Positions 49,866 to 60,094 of a stretch of 64,000 bases of DNA are shown in pieces. Position 1 is the first letter of the stretch, and each line of letters starts with the position of its first letter. This DNA is from Syntrophorhabdaceae bacterium. Its GTDB lineage: Bacteria > Desulfobacterota > Syntrophorhabdia > Syntrophorhabdales > Syntrophorhabdaceae. A program made the position numbers and the translations under genes. The stretch lies in the NCBI GenBank assembly GCA_963665295.1, contig OY762209.1, positions 5,056,001-5,120,000 of the forward strand, given 5' to 3'. Below the pieces are notes generated by a model. The model was not told where the DNA came from and did not search any database. It saw only the letters and a list, made by a program, of their open reading frames with translations.

Positions 49866-51914
49866 TCATTCGAGGGTGCCCTTCCCCGTCCCGGGTTTCA
49901 GGAAGACCGCAGTAACCGCACGGGCTTTATCCATGGTAACTATACAAGGCTCCGTGCCCGGACAATTCAGGGAAGCAGGTTTCCATCCCGTGAAAAGGGA
50001 ATCATTGTTTGCGGTTGCCGTGAGGGTTACCGCGTCATGGAAGGGATAGTATGCGGAGCAGGTGGAGCCGCAGGTGATACCGGAAGGCACGCTTGTCACG
50101 ACGCCATTGCCCTTTCCCATCTTGCGCTTTGAAACGGTCAGCTTCTGAGTTCCCGCAAACGTGGCGACCACTGTTTTTGCCTTATCCATGGTGACCGAAC
50201 AGGCTCCGGTCCCCGAACAGGCTCCGGTCCATCCCGTGAAGGTGGAGTTCGCTTCCGGGGAAGCAGAAAGGACCACCGCGTCATGGAAGGGATAGTATGC
50301 GGAGCAGGTGGAGCCGCAGGTGATACCGGAAGGCACGCTTGTCACGACGCCATTACCACCCTTTCCCGTCTTGCGCTTTGAAACGGTCAGCTTCTGAGGT
50401 CCCGCAAACGTGGCGACCACTGTCTTTGCCTTATCCATGGTGACCGAACAGGCTCCGGTCCCCGAACAGGCTCCGGTCCATCCCGTGAAGGTGGAGTTCG
50501 CTTCCGGGGAAGCAGAAAGGACCACAAGAGTGTTCGGATAGTAGCGAGTTCTGCAATGGGTGCCGCAATCGATCATGCCGTCCGTGCTCGTAATGGCTCC
50601 ATTCCCTGAATTCATCCTTCTCCTGATTGCTGCAAGCTCAACCTTCTTCGTCTCTGCCGGCTCAAACACAGCGGTCACATTCATATCGCTGCTCATGACT
50701 ACGGTGCATGTGGGTGATGCCCCGATACACGCTCCTGTCCAGTAAGCAAAGACAGACCCGGAAGCGGCTGCTGCAGTGAGCGTTACAGTGGTGTCGGGGA
50801 TAAAACGGGCGGCACAGGTTACGCCACAATCAATTTCGGCAGAAGAAGAACCAATGCTGCCGGAGCCGTTGCCGCATCTCGTGACAGCGAGGATGGGGAT
50901 GGCCGGCGACAGGAAGGCATAGGGCCCGCCGGATGTAGTATAGAAATACCCCACCACATCTCCTGCGTTATTTATGGCGGTGGCATAGGCCGTTGTTCCT
51001 CCCGGCGGAGTTCCGAGGTCCATCATGGCCCCATTGCTGTAAAGAAAAGCGCGGATATCGCTATCGTCATTATAAGAAATTCCCACCACCTGCCCTGCGT
51101 CGTTGATGCCATAGGCATAACTATTGGTTCCTCCCGGCAGGGTTCCGAGGTCCGTCATGGTCCCATCACTGTAAAGAAAAGCACGGACCAGATGATCCGC
51201 AGTATTGGCATAACCCACCACCTGTCCTGCGTTATTGATACCAAAGGCGTGACTATAGGTTCCTCCCGGCAGGGTTCCGAGGTCCGTCATGGTCCCATCA
51301 CTGTAAAGAAAAGCATGGTTGCTGCCGGAGGCAGCCCCTACTACCTGTCCGGCGTCGTTGATGCCATAGGCATCAACAGAGTACCCGAGTTTGATCAGCC
51401 GACGACTATTAACATTAAAAAGAAAAGACCAGGAGGTAACAATGCTCATTGGTCCTATTTCGTTGTAATACCCCACCGCGTCTCCGGCATTATTGACGCC
51501 ACGGGCAATGGTGTATGATAGCCTTTTTGGCGGATATCCGAAATGGATCACCGTTCCATTGGTGTAATAAAAGTTGCCCAAAGAGGACAACCCTACCACA
51601 TCCCCCGCGTCGTTAATACCGGTTCCGTGGCTATACTCCTCTCCTATCAGGACTCCGATATCCGTCATGGTCCCATCGCTAAAAAGAAAGGCGTGATACT
51701 GACCGGATGAAGTAACGGCTGTTCCCACTACCTGTCCGGCGTTGTTGATGTCCTTGGCCTGGCTCCAGGCTCCTCCCAAGGTTCCGAGGTTGATCATGTT
51801 TTCGGCTGCAAATGATCCGGGGGGATAGGACAAGAAAACCAGAAGGGTGTACAAAAATAGAGTTCCCGGAATACCCACCACAGATTTCGTTCGTCGCTGA
51901 GAACTTTTCTCCAT
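49866..51914 (-). CDS. Secreted HAF-repeat protein with four C-terminal InlB-B-like repeats
   Basis: Signal peptide ending SFA; about 7 repeats of (H/R)AFLYSDGTMTDLGTLPGGxxSxAxGINxAGQVVG. Confidence 0.88.
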   Translation of the reverse strand: MEKSSQRRTKSVVGIPGTLFLYTLLVFLSYPPGSFAAENMINLGTLGGAWSQAKDINNAGQVVGTAVTSSGQYHAFLFSDGTMTDIGVLIGEEYSHGTGINDAGDVVGLSSLGNFYYTNGTVIHFGYPPKRLSYTIARGVNNAGDAVGYYNEIGPMSIVTSWSFLFNVNSRRLIKLGYSVDAYGINDAGQVVGAASGSNHAFLYSDGTMTDLGTLPGGTYSHAFGINNAGQVVGYANTADHLVRAFLYSDGTMTDLGTLPGGTNSYAYGINDAGQVVGISYNDDSDIRAFLYSNGAMMDLGTPPGGTTAYATAINNAGDVVGYFYTTSGGPYAFLSPAIPILAVTRCGNGSGSIGSSSAEIDCGVTCAARFIPDTTVTLTAAAASGSVFAYWTGACIGASPTCTVVMSSDMNVTAVFEPAETKKVELAAIRRRMNSGNGAITSTDGMIDCGTHCRTRYYPNTLVVLSASPEANSTFTGWTGACSGTGACSVTMDKAKTVVATFAGPQKLTVSKRKTGKGGNGVVTSVPSGITCGSTCSAYYPFHDAVVLSASPEANSTFTGWTGACSGTGACSVTMDKAKTVVATFAGTQKLTVSKRKMGKGNGVVTSVPSGITCGSTCSAYYPFHDAVTLTATANNDSLFTGWKPASLNCPGTEPCIVTMDKARAVTAVFLKPGTGKGTLE
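50031..50523 (-). repeat. Intragenic near-identical tandem duplication (~245 bp x2)
   Basis: 50031-50274 versus 50277-50523 almost identical, with one 3-nt indel. Confidence 0.9.
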
Positions 51915-52103
51915 GACGATCCCCCCTTCCGCCCACACACCGGTGAACCGGTTATGGGCCCCTTCATTCAACCTGTGCTACTCTATGCAGGTATTGTCAA
52001 TACCATAAATCCGCCTCTGCCGACCAAAAATCAAAACTGCATAATTCAAAGATGACTGAAGAATTAAAAGGAGCAGTAAAGGGACCGGCCCTTTTACGCC
52101 CGT

Positions 52104-55100
52104 TTATTCTTCGTCGCCCCCACCTTCTTCCCTTGCAGCGGCCCCGTCGTTACCCGCAAGACCCACAGTGACTACGGGGGCATCGGGATCATTGGAAGGT
52201 ATGCTGAGGGTCGCCGTTGCAGGAGAGGTTGAGACAGGAGCGAACATCACCGATACGTGACACGTCTGGTTGGCGGAGAGGCTTTTCCCGAAGCACGTGT
52301 TTCTCGTAATATGGAATGAAATATCATCGCTCAGGGAGGCCGTACCCACGGTCAAAGCTTCCTTCCCTTCATTCTTGATCGTGAAGGAGGCAGTCTTGTG
52401 TGCCGGAGGCTTTACCATTCCGTAGTTCTTGTTTAAGGGACTCACGACAATGTCGGCTTCATCCTTGAACATCGCAGTCGCATTGATTGCGCCGTTCATA
52501 GTCACCCTGCAGGTATGTACCCCCGAACAATCCCCCGACCATCCCTTGAAGATCGAACCTTTGGCTGCTCTCGCGGTAAGGGTGACCTTTGTGGCCTCCC
52601 GGAAGTCGTATGCGCAGGTGTCCCCGCAATCGATCCCCTGAGGGGAGCTGGTTATGACGCCTGTGCCGGAACCTGCCTGGGAAACGGCCAAGGTGTAGAT
52701 CGGAGCGAAAGTCACCACTACCGTATGTTCTTTGGTCACATTGGTAATCACATAGGGGTTCGCGATAGCCACCGACCTTCCGTTGTCGGTAATTTTCGTT
52801 ATCCGGCAACCCGCGTCGGGAGTCATTGCAATAGATGCGCTATCCCCCTGTCTCACCTCCAGAGTGGCAGGGCTCACCGATCCGTGGCCGCTCAGGACCC
52901 AGGCACCGACTGTGTACGCTTTTGCCTCAAAATTGGCGGTCACGGAGGTATACTCGGTCATAGTAAGGGAGCATGTGGTCTTTGTCCCCGAACAGCCTCC
53001 CGACCATCCCGTAAACGTCGCATCCCTGGCAGGTTTTGCGGTAAGAGTGACCTTCTTGCCGTCGGTAAACCCGTAGGTACAGGTATCCCCGCAATTGATC
53101 CCTCGGGGATTGCTCGTAACCGTACCCGTGCCGGAGCCGGTCTTCACGACCTCAAGGGTTGCGATGGTGGAAAAAGTGACGGTCACATTGTGATCAGCGG
53201 TAACGTTGGACAGCAGGTAAGGGTTGGCAACGGCCACCGGCTGTCCGTTATCGATGATGCCGGCGATATTATAGCCGCTGTCGGGGGTGATGGTGATAGA
53301 GGCCGAGGCCCCATAGTTTACCTTCTGCGTCGCAGGGCTTACAGATCCATGGCTGCCGGAGACAACGGCGTTTACCGTGAAGGCATTGAGGGTGAATGTG
53401 GCCGTCACGGATTTGTTGGCCGTCATGGTAACGGTGCACACAGCGCCCGAGGATGAATCGCATCCGCTCCAGCTTGTGAAGGCGGAGCCTGTGCCGGGTA
53501 TGGCGGTGATGTTTACCACGGAACCCGTACTATAGGCTCCCGTACAGGTGGAACCGTTGCAGGTAAGGCCCGTTGCACTGAACGTGCCCGTACCGCTGCC
53601 TGTCTTCGAGACGGTGAGTACGTTCAAATCGGTTTGGAAGGTTACCACCACGGTGTGATCGGAAGTGACGTTGCTTATTACGTAAGGATTAGGGATCGCG
53701 GCTTTTCCGGATGCCCTCATTTTCGCAGCCGCCACACGGCCCTTCACGGTGGAGCGTTGATTGGCGGAACCCGTGACCGGCTGACCGTTATCGGTAATGG
53801 CGGCGACATAATAGTTCGTCTCGGGGGTCATGGTAATGGAAGCCGAGGCCCCATGGGAGACCTTCTGGGTTTCAGGAGAGACTGTCCCGTGCCCCTCCGG
53901 CGCGGAGGCGCCGACAGTATGAATGGCTGCCGCGAAGGTCGCGGTAACGGTGATGTCTCCGGTCATGGTTACCGTGCAGGTTCCTGTCCCCGAGCATCCC
54001 CCTCCCGACCATCCGGTGAAGGCGGAACCCGTATCAGGGACGGCTTGAAGCGTGACCTCAGTGTCTTTGACGAATGGCGCAGAGCAGGCATGGCCGAAAG
54101 GACCGCATGAGATGCCGGCGGGCGAAGAGCCGACCGCGCCTACACCGGCGCCCGCCCTTTCTACCGTGAGGATAGGGTTACCCAACGAATCCGACTGTGC
54201 GATACCAAAACTACCTACCCCCACAAAGGTATCGTTGCCGTAGATTATGCCTTTTAAAGGGGCAGACAAGCCGGCGGAATGATCAGTCCACGTAATGCCA
54301 TCGGGAGATCCAAGGAGAACCGGGGTAGTCGAATCACAACTCCCCACTGCCGCAAAGGTCCCGCCGCCATAGGCGATACCGTTCAGTCCACATTTTGTTC
54401 CCGATGATTGTTCAGCCCACGTGACGCCGTTCGAAGAGGTAAGGACAACTCCACCCGCCCCCACCGCCACGAAGGTGTTGTTGCCGTAGGCGACCCCATT
54501 AAGGCCGGTACCGCTTCCCACACTCCCTACGGACCACTCGACGCCATCGGGCGACGTAGCAAATACCCCCGTATACGTACCCGAATTGACTCTCTGCCCC
54601 ACTGCCACGAAGGTGTTGTTGCCGTAACTTATGGCCTTCAGAGAATCCGTTGTTCCCGATGATTGTTCAGTCCACGTAACGCCGTTCGGAGAGGTAAGGA
54701 CAGCTCCACCCGCCCCTACCGCCACGAAGGTGTCATAGCCGTAACAGATACCCCATAGATCATGCGTCGTCCCTGATGATTGCTTAGTCCATGTATTTCC
54801 GTCCGGAGAAAGGCAAACGTTGGCGGAGCCGCCTGCGACCGGGCTTCCCACGGCTGCGAAGGTATTATTGCCGTAAGCCACGCTCCTGAGCGAGGAAGTT
54901 ACACCAAAAACCGGCGGTCCCGCGTTAAACACCTCCGCCCATGTGGTGCCCCCGGAAGAGCTGAAAATGGTCCAAACCGGCCAACTTCCCGCGCCTCCCA
55001 CAGCTGCAAAGGTACCGTTGTCATAGGCAACGCCCGCAAATTGATAATACATGGAAACACTTACATATCTTGTGTGCCAGTTGTCAAGGGGGTTATACGC

Positions 55101-55274
55101 CGTACTGGAGGAGGTAACCGCCCGGCCTTCAGCGCCGGGACAGGCAACTTTGTTACCCGCACTGCCATAGCACCCTGTCTGTCCCGTTCGCGCCGGAGCA
55201 CCGACAGTTTCCGCGTAACCGGGCAAGACCCCACAGAACAGAATAATCAACGCGAGAACAAATGATCGTTTCGT
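52104..55274 (-). CDS. Large secreted beta-propeller (WD40/YVTN/BNR-like) protein with InlB-B-like repeats and C-terminal ASH/choice-of-anchor-D domain; apparent start codon ACG
   Basis: Repeats L.GVAYGNNTFVAVG..G.VLTSPNGVTW; Ig-like repeats; signal peptide (M)KRSFVLALIILFCGVLPGYA behind purine-rich SD. Confidence 0.82.
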   Translation of the reverse strand, partial: TKRSFVLALIILFCGVLPGYAETVGAPARTGQTGCYGSAGNKVACPGAEGRAVTSSSTAYNPLDNWHTRYVSVSMYYQFAGVAYDNGTFAAVGGAGSWPVWTIFSSSGGTTWAEVFNAGPPVFGVTSSLRSVAYGNNTFAAVGSPVAGGSANVCLSPDGNTWTKQSSGTTHDLWGICYGYDTFVAVGAGGAVLTSPNGVTWTEQSSGTTDSLKAISYGNNTFVAVGQRVNSGTYTGVFATSPDGVEWSVGSVGSGTGLNGVAYGNNTFVAVGAGGVVLTSSNGVTWAEQSSGTKCGLNGIAYGGGTFAAVGSCDSTTPVLLGSPDGITWTDHSAGLSAPLKGIIYGNDTFVGVGSFGIAQSDSLGNPILTVERAGAGVGAVGSSPAGISCGPFGHACSAPFVKDTEVTLQAVPDTGSAFTGWSGGGCSGTGTCTVTMTGDITVTATFAAAIHTVGASAPEGHGTVSPETQKVSHGASASITMTPETNYYVAAITDNGQPVTGSANQRSTVKGRVAAAKMRASGKAAIPNPYVISNVTSDHTVVVTFQTDLNVLTVSKTGSGTGTFSATGLTCNGSTCTGAYSTGSVVNITAIPGTGSAFTSWSGCDSSSGAVCTVTMTANKSVTATFTLNAFTVNAVVSGSHGSVSPATQKVNYGASASITITPDSGYNIAGIIDNGQPVAVANPYLLSNVTADHNVTVTFSTIATLEVVKTGSGTGTVTSNPRGINCGDTCTYGFTDGKKVTLTAKPARDATFTGWSGGCSGTKTTCSLTMTEYTSVTANFEAKAYTVGAWVLSGHGSVSPATLEVRQGDSASIAMTPDAGCRITKITDNGRSVAIANPYVITNVTKEHTVVVTFAPIYTLAVSQAGSGTGVITSSPQGIDCGDTCAYDFREATKVTLTARAAKGSIFKGWSGDCSGVHTCRVTMNGAINATAMFKDEADIVVSPLNKNYGMVKPPAHKTASFTIKNEGKEALTVGTASLSDDISFHITRNTCFGKSLSANQTCHVSVMFAPVSTSPATATLSIPSNDPDAPVVTVGLAGNDGAAAREEGGGDEE

Positions 55275-56028
55275 GATACCCCCCTTCTTTTCAACGAAAC
55301 GTGGTGAACGCTTCCGAACACTGATGGAATGCAGCCATTGCGTGATGTCCACCAGGCCGGCCGACGGCATCCATGAGATGTCGCATGAACCGGTTGAACC
55401 TGGATCGCACAAATGATGGACAGGCATCCTTGCAACACCCCGTCCGGCACAAATGCCGTGTATACTTGAATATTACTCCACTGAGAAAATAAGTCAAGAA
55501 ATATCGTGGAAAAGGCACTATAGTCCTAGTTTCGGACTATAGTGCCGCTCCCGACGCTCGAATCCGTGATGGTGGCAAGGTTTCCCCACAGTCACGGTAT
55601 CGCTGTGACACATTGAAGGCCGTCGGCCTCGGCCAAGAGGGTTCGGCCGCTCCGGAGGCGATTCGGTGGGGCGTAAATGAGGAAACAACGCATACGAAGT
55701 CAAACACTTTCTTCCTATGCGTCATCCACAGCCGCAGAGGTGGTAATGAACTACTGCTTTGCGGATACAACAACCAAAAATTATGCGACTTCTCGATCGA
55801 ATACCGCCTGAAAGCACGGGCCCCCGTCCCGGGTCTGTGGGAGACGTGTTGACTGGCGTGACAAAGTTTCCGATTCTGCCTCGTTAAGGGTTCTACAAGT
55901 CGATCCTTCTTAATTATGCCGTCCAGATGTCTATTGTCGCTCTATTTCACGCCCCATTTCCAAGCGGAAGAGTTCTGCAAACACTGTCAGACACCAGAAA
56001 GAGGTCATTTTGTCAATTCTGGTGCGCT

Positions 56029-56293
56029 TGCCCTGATTTCAATCTGCGCTTTACTTTTCCGGCGTCAATCGTTTGATAAATTCAATAGCGCCGGGTGGTG
56101 TAGGCGGGTGCATGGGGTGGAAGCTCAAGATGTGTCCGGCTGTGAGGCCTTGTAGGCCGTCGGCGTACTTGCCGTACGCCAGAGGACCAAGGCGTCGCAG
56201 AGGGGCGCATATTGAGTTTTCACCCCATGCACCCGCCTATCCACAAATAACTTAACCAACTTGCTCAATCAAACAAACAAACAAACAAACATC
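56029..56293. repeat. Long-hairpin repeat element, copy 1
   Basis: Aligns to 59722-59973; core 56095-56244 folds into a ~150-nt unbranched stem-loop. Confidence 0.9.
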
Positions 56294-56477
56294 AGTACCC
56301 ACTAAACTCCGACGGCCTCCGGCGCCATGACCCGAAACCGCCACTTACCCCAAGGGGCATTCTGGAAGACCGCAAAGAGGTGTCCTGGTTGAACAGGCTG
56401 CCCGACGATTCCTTGGATTATGGTCTATCTTTCCGCGCCAAGCGGTGCTATACTCCGAAATAATAAGGCGGAATTAA

Positions 56478-59400
56478 ATGGTTAACCGACGTTCCAAGAC
56501 AAAACGCGAACCTCTTCGCCCGCGCCGGCAAAATGTTCCGAACCAAGGCCGGAGCTTTCTACCCGGCGACGGGGAGATGAGAGCGCTGATTAACTCGAAG
56601 GACTGGTCGGCCACGCCGATAGGGCCGAGACAAGACTGGCCCGAAAGCTTGCATGCCGTCACCAATCTGGTCCTGGCCTGTAGTTTCCCTATGGCCATAC
56701 TCTGGGGAGCCGACCTCATTCTCATCTATAATGACGCCTACCGGATTATCGCCGCGGATAAGCATCCGGATGCATTGGGGCGGTCCACCAAAGATGTGTG
56801 GCCGGAAGTCTGGGAATTCAACAAACCGGTCTTCGAAAGGGTAATGATGCAAGGGGAAACCGTTCATTTCGAGGATCAGCTTTTCAGCATCTTCCGGAAC
56901 AGCCGCATGGAAGATGCCTATTTCACCCTTTCCTACAGCCCCATACGTTCCGAAGACGGCCACGTCGCGGCCACACTGGTGGTACTCGTTGAAACCACCC
57001 AACGGATACGTGCCGAAAATGAGCTTAAGACCTCCCACAGAGATCTGGAGAAGCGGATCAAAGAGCGGACCGCCGAATTGCAGGCCGAGATCACCGAACG
57101 CAGGCGGATGGAGAGGGAAACCCGGAAACTTTTAGCCGCTGTTCAAGAGGAAAAGGACAGGTTATCGGCTTTGGTAAGCAGCATCGAAGACGAGGTCTGG
57201 TTTGCGGACATGGACCATAACTTCACTCTCGCGAACCCGTCGGCCCTTCGGGAATTCGGCTTCGGAGTCGTCGATGGTATTGATGTAACGAAACTGGCAG
57301 CCGATCTGCAGGTTTGTCGCCCTGACGGCAGCCCCCGTCCCGCTGAAGAGAACCCTGCGTTGCGTGCCCTCAAGGGAGAGGTAGTCAGTAATCACGAAGA
57401 GATCGTCTGGAGTCCGGCAAGAGGCGAGTTACGCTACCGCGAAGCCAGCTCGGCGCCGGTGAGAGATGCAGGGGGCAGTATCGTCGGCTCGGTGTCGGTC
57501 GTTCGTGACATCACCGACCGAAAGCGGATGGAGGAAGCGCTTCGCGACAGTGAGCGCCTTTACCATGCCATAGGCGAGTCCATAGACTACGGCGTCTGGG
57601 TTTGTGCACCCGATGGCCGTAACATCTACGCAAGTGAGTCCTTTCTTAAAATGGTGGGCATGACTCAGGAACAGTGCTCCAACTTCGGCTGGGGCGACGT
57701 GCTCCATCCCGATGATGCAGAGCGGACCTTAGAGGCATGGAGGGAATGCGTAAGAACGGGAGGCACCTGGGACATCGAGCATCGTTTCCGTGGCGTGGAC
57801 GGCAGATGGCACCCGGTCCTGGCTCGGGGGCTCCCGGTGAAAAATGAGCATGGCGATATCATTTATTGGGCAGGCATAAATCTCGACATCAGCCGCATCA
57901 AGGATGCCGAACAAAAGCTGATGGTGAGTGAAGCCACCATGGAGGCTTTCTTTGACGCTTCACCCGGTATTCTCAATATTGAGGATGAAGCGTTCACGTA
58001 CATAAAGACGGACCGCGTGACCCCGACATACTTCGGACTCGATCGCCGGAGTATAATCGGAAAGTCGGTAAAGGACCTGGCGCCTGAATTCTTCGAGGAA
58101 AATGGCGCGATGATGACTCGCGTGATCGAATCAGGCCGGGCCGAGGTGAATGTCGAGGTGAAAAGCCCGGTATCGAGCAGGCCGGGAGAGATAGCTTATT
58201 GGCAGGCGTCCTATTTCCCGGTTCCTTTTCCCAACGGAAAACGGGGTATAGGGATAGTCGGTGTCGAAATAACTGAGATCAAAAAGGCCAGGGAGGCCCT
58301 CAAGCGCGCCCACGACGAACTGGAAGTCCGGGTAAAGGATCGCACTCTTCAATTGAGTCAAGCCTACGAAACCCTCCAACATGAAGTGAAGGAACGCAAG
58401 AAAACCGAAGACCAACTCCGTCAGTCCCAAAAGATGGAAGCCATTGGCACCCTCGCGGGAGGCATCGCACATGACTTCAACAACATCCTCGCGGCAATCC
58501 TCGGCTTCACGGAAATGGCCATCGATGATGTTCAGGACCGGCCGCTGGTGGAACAAAATCTTCATAATGTCCTCAAGTCTGCAATGAGGGCGAGAGACCT
58601 GGTGAAGCAGATCCTTGCTTTCAGCAGGAAAACCAATTACGAGAAAAAGCCTTTAGCTCTCACCCCGCTCATCGAAGAGACCATCCAACTCCTGAGAGCC
58701 TCCATCCCGACAACAGTGAAGATCAGGTCTTCTTGCACCGCCGGCACCGATACAATTCTCGCGTCCCCCGTGGAAGTGCAACAGGTTCTCATGAACCTCG
58801 CGACCAATGCCTCTCTCGCCATGCAGGAGGGCGGCGGGACCCTGGATATCAGTCTTAGCGATATAGATTTCACATCGGGCTTGTCGGTATCGGGCGTGGA
58901 TGTAGCGGCGGGAGAGTACCTGCAGCTGATGGTCAAGGACACCGGCGTCGGTATGAGTCCCGAGGTGATGAAGCGTGTCTTTGAGCCCTTCTTTACCACG
59001 CGGGAGGTGGGGAAAGGCACCGGCATGGGCCTTGCGGTAGTATATGGGATCGTGAAGGATTTGCAGGGCACGGTCTCCGTTGAAAGTAGACCCGGCATGG
59101 GATCCACTTTCCGGGTGATTCTCCCCAAGACAAAGGACGGGCTTAAAGAAGAGCGGCGACAGGCTGCTCAAACCCTTGGCGGCAACGAGACGGTCCTCTT
59201 TATCGATGACGAACCCATGCTCGTGGAATGGGGCCGGACCGTCCTTGAACGGCTTGGCTACAGAGTGATTGCCGTAACCGATAGCGCTGAGGCATTAAGA
59301 ACCTTCTCTTGCGATCCCTCCCCATTCGATCTTGTCGTTACCGATCACACCATGTCGGGATTGACGGGACTCCAACTCGCCGAAGAGCTGCTCATGATAC

Positions 59401-59567
59401 GACCCGATATCCCGATTATCCTCTGTACCGGCCATAGCGAGACGGTCTCCCCTGACATAGCAAAAGAGGTCGGCATAGAAGAATACCTCATGAAGCCTCT
59501 TTCCAAGCAGCAACTGGCTACCGCGGTTCGCCGTGTACTGGATACATGCATGGAGAAGAAATGGTAG
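56478..59567 (+). CDS. Multi-PAS hybrid sensor histidine kinase with receiver domain
   Basis: Four PAS-like domains, GGIAHDFNN H-box, DTGVGM, PFFTT, GTGMGL, receiver FIDDE...VTD...KP; no TM segment. Confidence 0.95.
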   Translation: MVNRRSKTKREPLRPRRQNVPNQGRSFLPGDGEMRALINSKDWSATPIGPRQDWPESLHAVTNLVLACSFPMAILWGADLILIYNDAYRIIAADKHPDALGRSTKDVWPEVWEFNKPVFERVMMQGETVHFEDQLFSIFRNSRMEDAYFTLSYSPIRSEDGHVAATLVVLVETTQRIRAENELKTSHRDLEKRIKERTAELQAEITERRRMERETRKLLAAVQEEKDRLSALVSSIEDEVWFADMDHNFTLANPSALREFGFGVVDGIDVTKLAADLQVCRPDGSPRPAEENPALRALKGEVVSNHEEIVWSPARGELRYREASSAPVRDAGGSIVGSVSVVRDITDRKRMEEALRDSERLYHAIGESIDYGVWVCAPDGRNIYASESFLKMVGMTQEQCSNFGWGDVLHPDDAERTLEAWRECVRTGGTWDIEHRFRGVDGRWHPVLARGLPVKNEHGDIIYWAGINLDISRIKDAEQKLMVSEATMEAFFDASPGILNIEDEAFTYIKTDRVTPTYFGLDRRSIIGKSVKDLAPEFFEENGAMMTRVIESGRAEVNVEVKSPVSSRPGEIAYWQASYFPVPFPNGKRGIGIVGVEITEIKKAREALKRAHDELEVRVKDRTLQLSQAYETLQHEVKERKKTEDQLRQSQKMEAIGTLAGGIAHDFNNILAAILGFTEMAIDDVQDRPLVEQNLHNVLKSAMRARDLVKQILAFSRKTNYEKKPLALTPLIEETIQLLRASIPTTVKIRSSCTAGTDTILASPVEVQQVLMNLATNASLAMQEGGGTLDISLSDIDFTSGLSVSGVDVAAGEYLQLMVKDTGVGMSPEVMKRVFEPFFTTREVGKGTGMGLAVVYGIVKDLQGTVSVESRPGMGSTFRVILPKTKDGLKEERRQAAQTLGGNETVLFIDDEPMLVEWGRTVLERLGYRVIAVTDSAEALRTFSCDPSPFDLVVTDHTMSGLTGLQLAEELLMIRPDIPIILCTGHSETVSPDIAKEVGIEEYLMKPLSKQQLATAVRRVLDTCMEKKW

Positions 59568-59721
59568 GCAGACCGATTCCGTTCGTTACCGTACCCACCA
59601 TGATCAACTGAAGCCTTTCTACGCGTATTCCACAGTCGCAGAGGCGGTAACCGCCCGGCCTTCGGCGATGGGATGCCGCCGGGATATCCGCAAAGGTCTC
59701 CCCTGTCATTGCGGCCACACA

Positions 59722-59973
59722 TGCCCTGATTCAAACTGCTCTTTATTTTCCGGCGTCAATTCTTTAATAAATTCAACAGCGCCGGGTGGTGTAGGCAGGT
59801 GCATGGGGCGGAAGCTTCAGACATGTCCGGCTGTGACGCCTTGTAGGCCGTCGGCGTACTTGCCGTACGCCAGAGGACCAAGGCTTCGCAGAGGGGCGTG
59901 TATGGAGTTTTCGCCCCATGCACCCGCCTATCCACAAAATAACTTACCCAACCGGTCAAACCAGCACACATCA
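59722..59973. repeat. Long-hairpin repeat element, copy 2 (same orientation)
   Basis: Core 59786-59935; compensatory substitutions relative to copy 1. Confidence 0.9.
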
Positions 59974-60094
59974 TGAAACCATCGATGGGATTCCGACATA
60001 GTCCGATCCCTCCTTCGCGTTGATTTGCCTTCAATTGATTTCATGATTTCATTGCCCCCGTCGATGCCTGCGCCTTGGCCGGGGGCGGCGCGTC

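Noticed and set aside
50960..51790. Regularly spaced DNA repeats resembling a CRISPR array
   Set aside because: They are in-frame HAF protein repeats of roughly 130 bp; no unique spacers or cas genes.
55547..56028. Short ORFs or a tRNA-like CTCGAATCC segment
   Set aside because: No cloverleaf, no convincing SD or protein motif; left unannotated.
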